From an uncultured archaeon (GTDB lineage Archaea; Altiarchaeota; Altiarchaeia; JAFGQM01), in NCBI GenBank assembly GCA_964592405.1, contig CAZQBY010000007.1:1-64000 (forward strand): a stretch of 64,000 bases of DNA, given 5' to 3'. Position numbers and translations under genes: made by a program. The stretch's first letter is position 1; each line of letters opens with the position of its first letter. The notes beneath the pieces are model-generated. The model ran no database searches. It saw nothing but the letters and a program-made list of their open reading frames with translations, and was not told the origin of the DNA. Positions 49,604-58,935 of this stretch are shown here, in pieces.

Positions 49604-52288
49604 ATGGATGGCCCAAAATCCGTAGCCAGTCTTATTGTGATTTTGCTGCTCATTATAGCTTCAATACCTTACTCAATTGCTGAATGGGTGGCTGTTGGAA
49701 TGGCTCCAAAAAAGGCTGGAGTCTATAACGTCATAATAAAGGCCACATATGAGGGCATCACTGAAACATATCCGCTCCAGCTTGTGGTCAATAATACCAG
49801 ATATCCGCTAGATGGTCTTACAGTAGAGCCCGTATATCCGCTTCCAAGGAGGCCGCCCATAGTGCTGAAATATGACATCAAACTCAATGATTCCTATGAC
49901 TTTGACATGATATACAACAATCTGGTCCTCTACTTCTCCTCCGGAAAATCGGTATTGAAGTCTGAAGAAGGGGCTCTGACGCTGTCATCCGAGGGTTTCT
50001 GGTATGCAAACGTTACAGTTCCGTTCAAGGGAGACTACCGGGCAGTCGTTTCTATCATTGTAGAGAAGAACGGGAGGAGATTTGGGGGGGATTTTGTGAG
50101 CTATTTTAGATCAGATGAGCCCTCATCCGATCTGGTATTAAGACACTCTATTGAGAGGAGAATACTCATACCATCCGAGCCCTTTGAGGTCTTCCTAGAA
50201 GCAGAATTTGAGGGAACACCGCTACAGTATCTTGAGATATTCAAGGCTAATTTGTACGGAGTTCTAAAAGATCTTACTTGGGATAGACAGGATCAGGCCT
50301 ATGATGCCACATTTACAGCGCCTGCTGATGAGGGGATATACCTCATGAGTGTCTATGCCGAAGGGCAGGATATGTTAATGCAGGATAAGATATATATTGC
50401 AGACATCTCCAGAGCCAAGTCAGCCAGATGCCCATTAACTGTTGATTCGCCAACTGGCTGTGATGACATGAGGGATGTTAGGAAGTGTGTCTATGACTAC
50501 AGAAGTGGCCTGGCACCACTAACAGAACAGCAGCTTATCACATGCTTTGAAGATGCCACGGGCGGTCTGATATATGGCTCAGTAATCTGCAACGAAAATG
50601 CAAAAGGTGACTTCGACGGAGATGGACAAAGAGATGAGGCCGATCTTGAGATCTTTGAGAATATGATACTTCCGCTCACACAGAGCGCTAGGAGAGATTA
50701 TATTGACTGTGCTGATTATGATTTGGATGAAGATGTTGACAAACAGGACCTGGAATGTCTTACCAATGTCGTAGCAGGCAAGTGGTTCGGTGACGAGAAT
50801 GGTGGTATCTGCTTTGATGCAGTCTATGATTCGGCTCTGAAGTGTGACCTCGACGGAGATGGTTTCATTAACAAGGGGGCTTCAGGTGGTAGGACAAGTG
50901 CTGCAACTGCACCGGCGGCAAGGAGGGATAGTGAAATTCTCCAGAAGCTGATAGATGCTGCTGATCAGGGCATTGAGATGCCGGCTGAGATACTTGAGAC
51001 ATGCGATTTCAACCAGGATGGCAGGCTGAATCTGGAGGACAGAAACTGCATGAATTATTTCTCTGGCATGGACCTAGACAATCCGGAAACATTGCTCTCA
51101 GGACAGACCATACCAGACAAGTGTATGAAGATCTACAGGCTGGACCATTGCCAAGGGATAAGAGGGGATATAAACGGGGATCTTGAAATTGACACACTTG
51201 ATGAGATACTTATGATGCTGATAGAGGCCAAACAGGTGGCCAGTTATGACATGGAATGTGCTGATGTCAACAAAGACGGGCTGATAACGGCAGAAGACAT
51301 AATGTGCGTCAAGTCATATACTGTTGGTGACAGAGACCATTATTTCATCTGTATAGGCTGTGATGAGAATCTGCCACAAGAGTATCGTCATGAGGCGGAG
51401 ATATGCAATGATGGCTATGATAACAACTGTGATGGATTGATTGACCGTACCAGTATCGGAGGAGATGACTTCTGCTCCTGCAATGAGAATACGCCATGCT
51501 GGTATGTCCAAGACGCCGATGGTGGTGCAAGCCCGGGTATAGATGATGGGAATGTCAAGGTATGTAGGAAGCTTAGCTGGGCGGGGGGCGGTACAGCTGA
51601 GGGAGGTGATAGTGTAGCTGGTTACAGATGGGTTTCCCCAAGTGAGCTGGAGTGCAATCAGGGCAGGGAATGCCAGAGTATGGAATGTGCTAACACAGAG
51701 TTTGTATGCATCTTTGACGGCATGACCTATGAGTGGTATGATGATCCGGCCAAGGTGCCGCCGGAAACCGATGACCCGAATGCCCAGCCCAAGGTATGTG
51801 ATGACGGCCACGACAATGACTGCCGATGTGGGGATGTGAAGTGTGCTGAGTTTGAAGAAGCCAGCATGTTTACCAGCTGGCAGTTCTGGATAGGGGCACT
51901 TGCCGGATTTGGACTGTCAGTTATTTTACCACCAGCATATCTCATATGGATCTCAGCAGGCTCTTCTTTCCTTGGAGCTTTCTGCAAGAGCCCGGATATG
52001 AGAGCTATAATGTCCGGGATGGCTATAGGTATAGCTGTTGGCAACATGGTCAACGCGCATAGCCTGGTTGCGAAACCCGGAGAAACATCCGTAGGCTGGA
52101 GAGACATCGGAAAAGCGTCAGTGAAGGATGTGTATCCAAAAGTTTGGGACCAGATAATCCACACCTATGCTAGGAAGACCCTCGGACACGTGATAACCGG
52201 TGCAGTCGCCGGAATCGCAGCCATGCAAGCCAGTAAGTTCTTTGCCGAGAAGAAGGGTGATTGGAAGCACTACAGGGAGGAGTGTTAG
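49604..52288 (+). CDS. Secreted Cys-rich surface protein with dockerin/EF-hand-like repeats and hydrophobic C-terminus
   Basis: Signal peptide; six DxDxDG-type loops; EICNDGYDNNCDGLID motif; Gly/Ala-rich C-terminal helices. Confidence 0.8.
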   Translation: MDGPKSVASLIVILLLIIASIPYSIAEWVAVGMAPKKAGVYNVIIKATYEGITETYPLQLVVNNTRYPLDGLTVEPVYPLPRRPPIVLKYDIKLNDSYDFDMIYNNLVLYFSSGKSVLKSEEGALTLSSEGFWYANVTVPFKGDYRAVVSIIVEKNGRRFGGDFVSYFRSDEPSSDLVLRHSIERRILIPSEPFEVFLEAEFEGTPLQYLEIFKANLYGVLKDLTWDRQDQAYDATFTAPADEGIYLMSVYAEGQDMLMQDKIYIADISRAKSARCPLTVDSPTGCDDMRDVRKCVYDYRSGLAPLTEQQLITCFEDATGGLIYGSVICNENAKGDFDGDGQRDEADLEIFENMILPLTQSARRDYIDCADYDLDEDVDKQDLECLTNVVAGKWFGDENGGICFDAVYDSALKCDLDGDGFINKGASGGRTSAATAPAARRDSEILQKLIDAADQGIEMPAEILETCDFNQDGRLNLEDRNCMNYFSGMDLDNPETLLSGQTIPDKCMKIYRLDHCQGIRGDINGDLEIDTLDEILMMLIEAKQVASYDMECADVNKDGLITAEDIMCVKSYTVGDRDHYFICIGCDENLPQEYRHEAEICNDGYDNNCDGLIDRTSIGGDDFCSCNENTPCWYVQDADGGASPGIDDGNVKVCRKLSWAGGGTAEGGDSVAGYRWVSPSELECNQGRECQSMECANTEFVCIFDGMTYEWYDDPAKVPPETDDPNAQPKVCDDGHDNDCRCGDVKCAEFEEASMFTSWQFWIGALAGFGLSVILPPAYLIWISAGSSFLGAFCKSPDMRAIMSGMAIGIAVGNMVNAHSLVAKPGETSVGWRDIGKASVKDVYPKVWDQIIHTYARKTLGHVITGAVAGIAAMQASKFFAEKKGDWKHYREEC

Positions 52289-52293
52289 GGATT

Positions 52294-52422
52294 TCAGTCC
52301 AAGCCTTCCCTTTTTAAGCCCATGATGCCATCAAAGTGTTTGTCGTCGGACACTATGGCATCGACTCCGAGCCTCATGGCTACGGCGATGTGGGTGGCAT
52401 CTCGCGGTTTTAGGTGGGATAA
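52294..52422 (-). pseudogene. C-terminal remnant of a PIN-domain (VapC-like) gene
   Basis: Translates as LSHLKPRDATHIAVAMRLGVDAIVSDDKHFDGIMGLKREGLD*; N-terminal half absent. Confidence 0.75.
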
Positions 52423-54948
52423 TTAACATTTGTCTCCCGCGCAGTCGGGGCTCAGCAGACCCTCCAGAACACGCTGCATCCCGCCCTTGACGGCCGGAAG
52501 ATAGACATAGACCATTGTTCTCCCGAAGGTGGCGGAGCCTATGGAGAACTCCCTGTCTTTATATATCTCGAACTCGAAGGGAGCATAGGTGTAGAGCTCC
52601 GCGCCCGGGCCGGCGATGTTGGTGAGCATGACCCGGTTTGAGTCGTCTATAAGGGTCTCAGTCAGGTTGTACCTGACCTCTGACTCATAAATCAGGGGGA
52701 AGAAGTTCTTCGCGAAATCCAGAACGGGCGCTGCCGCTCCTCCGGAGAACATTGTGGCAAGCGCGGCGGCCGCGACCTGTATGGTGTAGACTATCACCGA
52801 TTCCACGGAATCGCCGCATACGCCCTTGTCCCTGTCCCTGAAGGTGGGGTAAAAATAGCAGAACCTCCCGAACGCCTCCCCCTTGTCGTATTCGACCGTG
52901 AAGGTGTCAAGCCTGCTGAAGACGTCATATCCCAGCTCCTGCGCCTCCAGGTCTTCCGCTGCTTTGGCCAGCTGGTCCGCTTTCTCCCTGCGCTCCAGCT
53001 GCTCCTCAAGAGTAGCAGCGGTCCTGCTGACGGCTGTGAGGGTCTTCACAATGTAGTCCCTGATTTCCATCAGCGCCTCGTTCATGTCCATGACCAGGCT
53101 TATGGAGCCCCTGCACCTGCATTCGCAGGTCCTTATGGAATATGGGAAATAGTCGCACTCCCTCCCCTTCCTGGTCTCCCAGCACTTCTTGCACATCTCT
53201 ATGCGGGTGCCCGTCCTCCGGTCGTTGAGGCATTCATAGCTCTCGCCGCCAAATGGGCAGCGGAAGTAGTCGCACTTGTGGTAGCATACTTCGCCCTCCT
53301 CGCACCTCCTGTTGTCGTCGCAATCGCCTGTCGGTCCCTCGCAGTAGACATCCTGTATCTGCTCCTTGGTCAGCTGGTTGTTCAGTATGTACTCTAACTC
53401 CTCCAGGCTGTTTATCGAGTCCCTGCAGTAATCCTCCGTTTCTTCGAGCCCGTATTTCTCCTCATTTTTCTCGAAGTTTTTCTCAATTCCGTCTGCGGTA
53501 CTGACATCGTCGGTATGCTCTTCCCTTGCGGCATCGATTATCCTCCTGCAGCCGTCGCCGTCGACCTCGGCCATGCCATTGAGCAGGCTCTCGATCAGCT
53601 CGCTCGCCTCTTCCCTGAACTCGTCGCATGTCAGCCGGTCCAGCCTCATATCACCTATGGCTTCTTCCCGACATTCGCTCTTGCTCACATCTCTCCTGCG
53701 GCATCTTTTGTATAGCTTCTTGCATATTCGCTTGCAATTACGGAAGAACCAGCCCCTATTTCCCCAGAGTCTTTCACACTCCTGTTCACACAAATCCCGC
53801 GCCTCGCCGCAGGACTTGCACTCCTCATATTCGCTTGTGTCAAAGTCCTCGAGCCAGTCATCGATGTCGTCCAGGAGGTCCTCGTATTTCTCCTCCTGAT
53901 CTTTGAGGTAGTCAACTCGCCTTTCCAGTTCTTCAATGTCATATATTGCCCGGCAGTCATCCCGCTGGCTGCCCGTGAGATTGCCGCAGACCTCTTCCTC
54001 GATCTCGCCCATGCGGTAGTTGTTGCTTATGGCTTTCTGCGCTTTTTCCTTGTCCTCAGGGCTCATGTCGAACCCTGCTGGCAGGAAAGACGGCTCTGAC
54101 AGATGCTGCCACTCCGCGAACCATGTCGCCGCGGGGACCGCGCCGATGTCCAGGGCTGATTTGACATCCTTACTGAACTCTTTTATTGTGTCCAAATCGC
54201 CGAACAGCAGGGTGGCTATTGGGTCGAAGTCGTAGTGGGCCTCCTTCAGCAGCGGGCCGCTTTTGGCCAGATAGGCGCTCATGTATGCACGCGCATATAT
54301 GGCTGCGCTGAATGTCCAGCTCACAGTGTCATAATAGCTCTGATGGAAGTCCCAGGCGCGCTCGTACATGTCTTTCAGCCTTACTCTCAGCGGGATGGTG
54401 ATGTTGCTGTCGAAGAGTTTCGTCTCCCACCCATGGTAGCGATTGGTCGATGTCATGGGGAGCCTTACCACGCCCAAAAGGCCGTCTTCGGACTCTCTAA
54501 TCCCGATGTCGCCGGAAGTAACTTCCCCCAGGGTTATGTTTATGCCTTCATCGAAGATGAAAGTGCTGTGGTGCCCGTCCGAGAAGTCGGCAAGTTTGGG
54601 CATTTCCTTCTTGAATCCCCGGGAGACGTAATCAGATATGTTGTCCAGAATCAGATCCCATCCATCTTCCCTTGAATGGTTCAGGAACGGGTTTACAGTG
54701 CCGTCCCCTATCTTCCCCACCCTAACTATGGCCTCGTGAAAGAGATTCTTCAGGGAGGAAGAGGCCAGCATGCGGACGTTCTCGACTGCCATGTTAATCC
54801 TCAGCCATGATAGCCGGTCTATATGGGCTTTGTATGCCTTGTCCCCCTGAGCATTCCACTGTATGGTCAGGGCTATAACCATTATAACCAACAGCAGCCC
54901 AAGTGTAGTGTAAAGTGGATAGAACCCTTTCTTGTTCAGCCGCGCCAT
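52423..54948 (-). CDS. Large Cys-rich prepilin-like protein (candidate tip adhesin)
   Basis: NKKG/F class III signal peptide plus hydrophobic helix; Cys-rich core. Confidence 0.75.
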   Translation of the reverse strand: MARLNKKGFYPLYTTLGLLLVIMVIALTIQWNAQGDKAYKAHIDRLSWLRINMAVENVRMLASSSLKNLFHEAIVRVGKIGDGTVNPFLNHSREDGWDLILDNISDYVSRGFKKEMPKLADFSDGHHSTFIFDEGINITLGEVTSGDIGIRESEDGLLGVVRLPMTSTNRYHGWETKLFDSNITIPLRVRLKDMYERAWDFHQSYYDTVSWTFSAAIYARAYMSAYLAKSGPLLKEAHYDFDPIATLLFGDLDTIKEFSKDVKSALDIGAVPAATWFAEWQHLSEPSFLPAGFDMSPEDKEKAQKAISNNYRMGEIEEEVCGNLTGSQRDDCRAIYDIEELERRVDYLKDQEEKYEDLLDDIDDWLEDFDTSEYEECKSCGEARDLCEQECERLWGNRGWFFRNCKRICKKLYKRCRRRDVSKSECREEAIGDMRLDRLTCDEFREEASELIESLLNGMAEVDGDGCRRIIDAAREEHTDDVSTADGIEKNFEKNEEKYGLEETEDYCRDSINSLEELEYILNNQLTKEQIQDVYCEGPTGDCDDNRRCEEGEVCYHKCDYFRCPFGGESYECLNDRRTGTRIEMCKKCWETRKGRECDYFPYSIRTCECRCRGSISLVMDMNEALMEIRDYIVKTLTAVSRTAATLEEQLERREKADQLAKAAEDLEAQELGYDVFSRLDTFTVEYDKGEAFGRFCYFYPTFRDRDKGVCGDSVESVIVYTIQVAAAALATMFSGGAAAPVLDFAKNFFPLIYESEVRYNLTETLIDDSNRVMLTNIAGPGAELYTYAPFEFEIYKDREFSIGSATFGRTMVYVYLPAVKGGMQRVLEGLLSPDCAGDKC

Positions 54949-55397
54949 ATCTTCACCTCCACTTCCCCATTCTCAAGCCTATCGCTCACGAGAACAGTCA
55001 CCGGGCCGCCATAGGACAATGCAGCCTCCGGCGGCCTAGGACCGAACTCCCACGACTCCAAACCCGCACTTATTTTCGCCCAGAAGCGGTATTCTATCGG
55101 GCCGACTATGCCGGTGAGGTTCGAAGCAGACTCATGAATGTCTTTTATTCTTCTTTCATCCAGAACCTTTGAGCCGTAGGAGCGGGAGACCTCTGTCTGG
55201 AAAATTTCTCCAGAAAGCGTCTCGACTAGCCTCTTGCCTGTGTCGTGGATATCATCCAGGGCCGACTCTGTGAGCTGCCCCAATGATATGCTCAAAAATA
55301 TTATCATCAACGCTATGGCCGCGATGAAGGCCATGATTGCCATTGGCAAATCTTCGAGCCCCTGGGGGCCCAGCTGTCCTCTTCTGTTCAAGAGCAT
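54936..55397 (-). CDS. Minor pilin-like protein
   Basis: NRRG/Q signal, hydrophobic helix, terminal V.V.IW strand. Confidence 0.75.
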   Translation of the reverse strand: MLLNRRGQLGPQGLEDLPMAIMAFIAAIALMIIFLSISLGQLTESALDDIHDTGKRLVETLSGEIFQTEVSRSYGSKVLDERRIKDIHESASNLTGIVGPIEYRFWAKISAGLESWEFGPRPPEAALSYGGPVTVLVSDRLENGEVEVKIWRG

Positions 55398-55843
55398 TTT
55401 GAGCGCTCCAGGTATATTCTCCCCCTATACTTTGTTATGCAAATATAAGGCGACCGCTCCCCAAGTAGCTTCAGCATGCCAAAGGAGCTGTGGGACATCG
55501 GAATCGAGAGGGATGCCCCGCCCACAACCTCCCGCGAGCCGCTGTGAGTCCGCACGATTATGCCGGCTGTTTCCCCGCTCTTGTTCAAAACTTCGACAGA
55601 ATAGTCCTCCCCGTCAATATTGTCCGGAAGCCGATGCTCGAGATTCATGGCGCCTGCAGAATTATAAGTGTCCGTTATCAGGTTTTTCAAATCCCTTGCG
55701 ACCTGGTTGGCCCCGTCTGACTGCGCGCCCGCGCTGGCGAAGGAATACACCATCAGCATCATGAGCATTATACCAGTGAAAACCAATAGACTCCCCATCT
55801 TCCCCCAAGTCCAAACCAGCCATCCTCTTTTGTTCATCTCCAT
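55388..55843 (-). CDS. Minor pilin-like protein
   Basis: NKRG/W signal, hydrophobic helix, LPDNI.G..Y.V. Confidence 0.75.
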   Translation of the reverse strand: MEMNKRGWLVWTWGKMGSLLVFTGIMLMMLMVYSFASAGAQSDGANQVARDLKNLITDTYNSAGAMNLEHRLPDNIDGEDYSVEVLNKSGETAGIIVRTHSGSREVVGGASLSIPMSHSSFGMLKLLGERSPYICITKYRGRIYLERSKCS

Positions 55844-57645
55844 ACGGTCAGTGTCATGCTCCCCCTCGAGCCGTCGGCCAGATAGTAGTATTTTGCGATC
55901 CCTTGCCGGCCTGTGGGCTCAGATTCCGGGTTCACCTCCAGAATAGGCTCGCAGCAGTCTCTCAGCTCAAACTTGTAATCATAGCCAGCAAGGAGTTCAT
56001 CGAGCCTCCTCTCGATTTCCTCAGCCACTATCGCCCTCATGTCTGCTCTGGCAGACAGCAGCGTCCCAATGATTATCGATTTAAGCGCATCGCTCTGGTT
56101 GTAGTCGAACTTCCCAGCGCTCAGGTTTATGGTATAATCAGAGATGCTAGTCGTTTTGGTGTGGATTACATCGAATTCGTAGGTCTGGTTGGACCAGCTC
56201 AGATTCCCGTAATGGAACTCCACCCGCGCCGAGATCGGCCTTTTGACTCTTCTCTCCCGGACCATATTGCGCGCAGTTATCTCAGGCGTCAGGTTGCGCA
56301 CCTCGGTCCAGTTCCGCTCGGCTATGGAGACTAGGCCCTCCTCAACCCGCCCTCTTACAAAACTGCCATCATAGGTGCGGTAATGGGTGGACTCAAGATA
56401 ATCGGGCGTTTCGAATATGTAGTCGATGCCCTCCAAATAATCGCTCTTTTGCTTGTGAGGCACGTCATCGCCCCATACCTCCATCCTTATGCCGAGACGG
56501 CCAGATGGAGTCAGATAGACTCTAATCCCAAATACAAGCTCGTGGTAGGGGGCTTCCACAGTAACATTGTTCTTGGGATTAAGTGGCGAGTGAGGCAAGA
56601 GCAGCACATTCTCCGACTCGTTTTTCACTCCTTCCGCCTCTTTGAGGCCGTCATCCATAAAATCATAATCTGGCAGCATGTCCCCCAAGTCCCTGTCGCG
56701 CATCAGCAGGAGAGCCGAGGCGCTTATCATCGCTCTGGCTTCGTCCGTGACTATGAGATTGTCTCCAGCTATGGACGAGTGAGCGAGCATCTGCTCTATA
56801 GTCATGGCCTCGGACCTGACCTCCACAGGAAAGAGCTCCAGGAAGGAGACCCTGCTGTCCAGCCCAGTTTCTATGTAAGTCAGCAGGGAGTTGGCTGTCT
56901 CCTTCAGGCCTGAAAGCGCGCATCTTAGCTCCTTGAGCTTTTTCACTAGGCGAATTCCGTCCAACGCCTCTATTCCGTCCATGCCAAGGAGTCTGGACAG
57001 CGAGGTTATATTTTCCATTGAACTTTCGATGTCATCCCTCAAAGCACTCAGGAACAGGTCTGTCGTCTCTTCACACTCACTGCCCCTCTCCCCATATCCG
57101 GGCAGATAATCCGCCAGATGAGCCAGCGTGTCGCATGGGGAGCTCTTTTCAGATTCCGCGTCAGATAATCCCTCACTGATAACAGAGCCAACAAGTCCAT
57201 CCAGGTAGAGCAGATAGCCGGATATTCCATCCAAGCGGGATTTCACATAGAGGAAATAGGGGTCGTTGGAGCTTATCTGGGCGGGGCGGCCCATTCTGGC
57301 CTCTTGAAGGGTTTCATCCAGCACCTCTATGGCCGAGTCAACATATCTCATAAGCTTCCGGATGTCCTCGGAGAAGTCAGCTTCCACCGGCCGCATGGAG
57401 ATGGGCTGTATAGTTTTTATCTTTATCTCGCCTCCGCTGCTCTGCACCAGTGAACTCAGGGCTCTTACAGCCACTTCATTGATATTCTCATTCTCTTCTA
57501 TGAATCCCCTAGAGGCGCTCGAGCGTGAGGCCTGGATGAAGAGATAGGAAAGCGCGAGTATGGATATGCTCACGAATATCGCCAGGTCCAGGGCGGGAGC
57601 CTGACCCCTATTTCCGGTAAACGACGACCTTCCCATCTTCAGCAT
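55834..57645 (-). CDS. Large pilin-like protein
   Basis: NRG/Q signal, hydrophobic helix, terminal MTLTVWR. Confidence 0.7.
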   Translation of the reverse strand: MLKMGRSSFTGNRGQAPALDLAIFVSISILALSYLFIQASRSSASRGFIEENENINEVAVRALSSLVQSSGGEIKIKTIQPISMRPVEADFSEDIRKLMRYVDSAIEVLDETLQEARMGRPAQISSNDPYFLYVKSRLDGISGYLLYLDGLVGSVISEGLSDAESEKSSPCDTLAHLADYLPGYGERGSECEETTDLFLSALRDDIESSMENITSLSRLLGMDGIEALDGIRLVKKLKELRCALSGLKETANSLLTYIETGLDSRVSFLELFPVEVRSEAMTIEQMLAHSSIAGDNLIVTDEARAMISASALLLMRDRDLGDMLPDYDFMDDGLKEAEGVKNESENVLLLPHSPLNPKNNVTVEAPYHELVFGIRVYLTPSGRLGIRMEVWGDDVPHKQKSDYLEGIDYIFETPDYLESTHYRTYDGSFVRGRVEEGLVSIAERNWTEVRNLTPEITARNMVRERRVKRPISARVEFHYGNLSWSNQTYEFDVIHTKTTSISDYTINLSAGKFDYNQSDALKSIIIGTLLSARADMRAIVAEEIERRLDELLAGYDYKFELRDCCEPILEVNPESEPTGRQGIAKYYYLADGSRGSMTLTVWR

Positions 57646-58048
57646 GATATGTCAACAGCAGGTCATGGTCTCCGGGGGGCAGAAGAGGGGGCTCAGCCGA
57701 CACCTCAACTCCCCGGATGACCAAGGGCTCTGAGAGCAGGGTCGAATTCATGAGAGTGCCGTTTGCGAATTGCGCGTCGGACAATACGGATATCCGGCCA
57801 TCGATTTCTATGGCATAGCCCTCCGGGACAGATACCGATATCCTCTCTGAAGAGCCGTCGTAGCCAAGGCTCGCCAGCTTGGCCAGTTTATAGATGTCAG
57901 TGGCAGCCTGTATAGCAGTCTGTCTCTCGTTGCCCTCGACGAAGGTCGCCATAACGTTTATCCCTATCCAGGTTACCATCATTATCACCGCGACAGCCGC
58001 CAGCACCATGAACGGCGTGTCCTCGACACCGACGCCCTTTCGCTTCAT
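57608..58048 (-). CDS. Minor pilin-like protein
   Basis: KRKG/V signal, hydrophobic helix, GS...I.V.VP.G. Confidence 0.75.
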   Translation of the reverse strand: MKRKGVGVEDTPFMVLAAVAVIMMVTWIGINVMATFVEGNERQTAIQAATDIYKLAKLASLGYDGSSERISVSVPEGYAIEIDGRISVLSDAQFANGTLMNSTLLSEPLVIRGVEVSAEPPLLPPGDHDLLLTYHAEDGKVVVYRK

Positions 58049-58248
58049 TCGTAGTTGATTATTCTCACCGCATTGCCCTGGGTGAAGTTCAACAGCCCGT
58101 GCCCCGCTTCTTCAGACACTGCGTCCGCTCTCTTCGGCCCCAGAGCGAAGGTGGCCAGAAGAGAGAAGACGGCAAGCGCTATCAACATAGCCGCGGCTAT
58201 CTTCAGGACCTCCGAGGATATGCCCCTACGATTTGTTTTCAAGGCCAT
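58045..58248 (-). CDS. Short pilin (paralog 4)
   Basis: NRRG/ISSEVLKIAAAMLIALAVF. Confidence 0.75.
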   Translation of the reverse strand: MALKTNRRGISSEVLKIAAAMLIALAVFSLLATFALGPKRADAVSEEAGHGLLNFTQGNAVRIINYE

Positions 58249-58439
58249 CAGAATCCGGCCGTTTTGTTGGCTATTTTGGCGGAGAAGTCCTCCAGCGCAC
58301 CGGCCGTGGCGTTGAGCGATACCTGACCCGAGTCGCGAACCTCTGAGAAGAAGACCGCAAAAATCGAGAGCAGGGCCGCGACGACGATTATCGCCATAGT
58401 GAGCCTGAAGACCTCCTGGGTAATGCCTTTTTGCTTCAT
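58248..58439 (-). CDS. Short pilin (paralog 3)
   Basis: KQKG/ITQEVFRLTMAIIVVAALL. Confidence 0.78.
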   Translation of the reverse strand: MKQKGITQEVFRLTMAIIVVAALLSIFAVFFSEVRDSGQVSLNATAGALEDFSAKIANKTAGF

Positions 58440-58609
58440 CTTTGTAGATATGCCATGCTCTTGTTGAGGCTAGCTCTCCTCGCGCCTTCTATGCTGCTAA
58501 CACTAGCGTTCGCAGAGTCTGCGAGCTCGCTGAAGTTGGCGGCGAGCAGGAAAAAGACTGCTGTCGCCACAATCACTGCTACCGCTAGCTTGAAGACAGC
58601 AGTATGCAT
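58436..58609 (-). CDS. Short pilin-like protein without basic leader (paralog 2; missed by the ORF track)
   Basis: MHTAVFKLAVAVIVATAVFFLLAANF...YLQR, 57 aa; ATGA overlap with the next gene. Confidence 0.7.
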   Translation of the reverse strand: MHTAVFKLAVAVIVATAVFFLLAANFSELADSANASVSSIEGARRASLNKSMAYLQR

Positions 58610-58612
58610 CTC

Positions 58613-58840
58613 TCACTTCCCTGGCCCGACACCACTGCAGTCGCCTGTGACCAGGCAGTTCGTTGAGTCTTCTACCGTCTCACTCGCAGTCGTCGCGCCG
58701 GTCGCGATGTCGCCTGCGCCGGTCCACGCAGAGCCCATCATGTAGGCTACTACAGCCAGCACCGCGGCGATAACTATCACCACCAGAGCCAGCTTAAACA
58801 CAGAATCCGTTTGACCTCTCTTGTTTTTCATCAAACCCAT
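58613..58840 (-). CDS. Short pilin (paralog 1, candidate major pilin)
   Basis: NKRG/QTDSVFKLALVVIVIAAVL; GGAGG SD before ATG 58840. Confidence 0.8.
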   Translation of the reverse strand: MGLMKNKRGQTDSVFKLALVVIVIAAVLAVVAYMMGSAWTGAGDIATGATTASETVEDSTNCLVTGDCSGVGPGK

Positions 58841-58935
58841 TTTTCCTCCCGAGGCGGACGGGAGACTCGGAGCCGGAAATAGGGTTGATATTATAGCCTG
58901 TTCAGAGAGTAATAGTTGCCGGGGGGAAAGATTAT

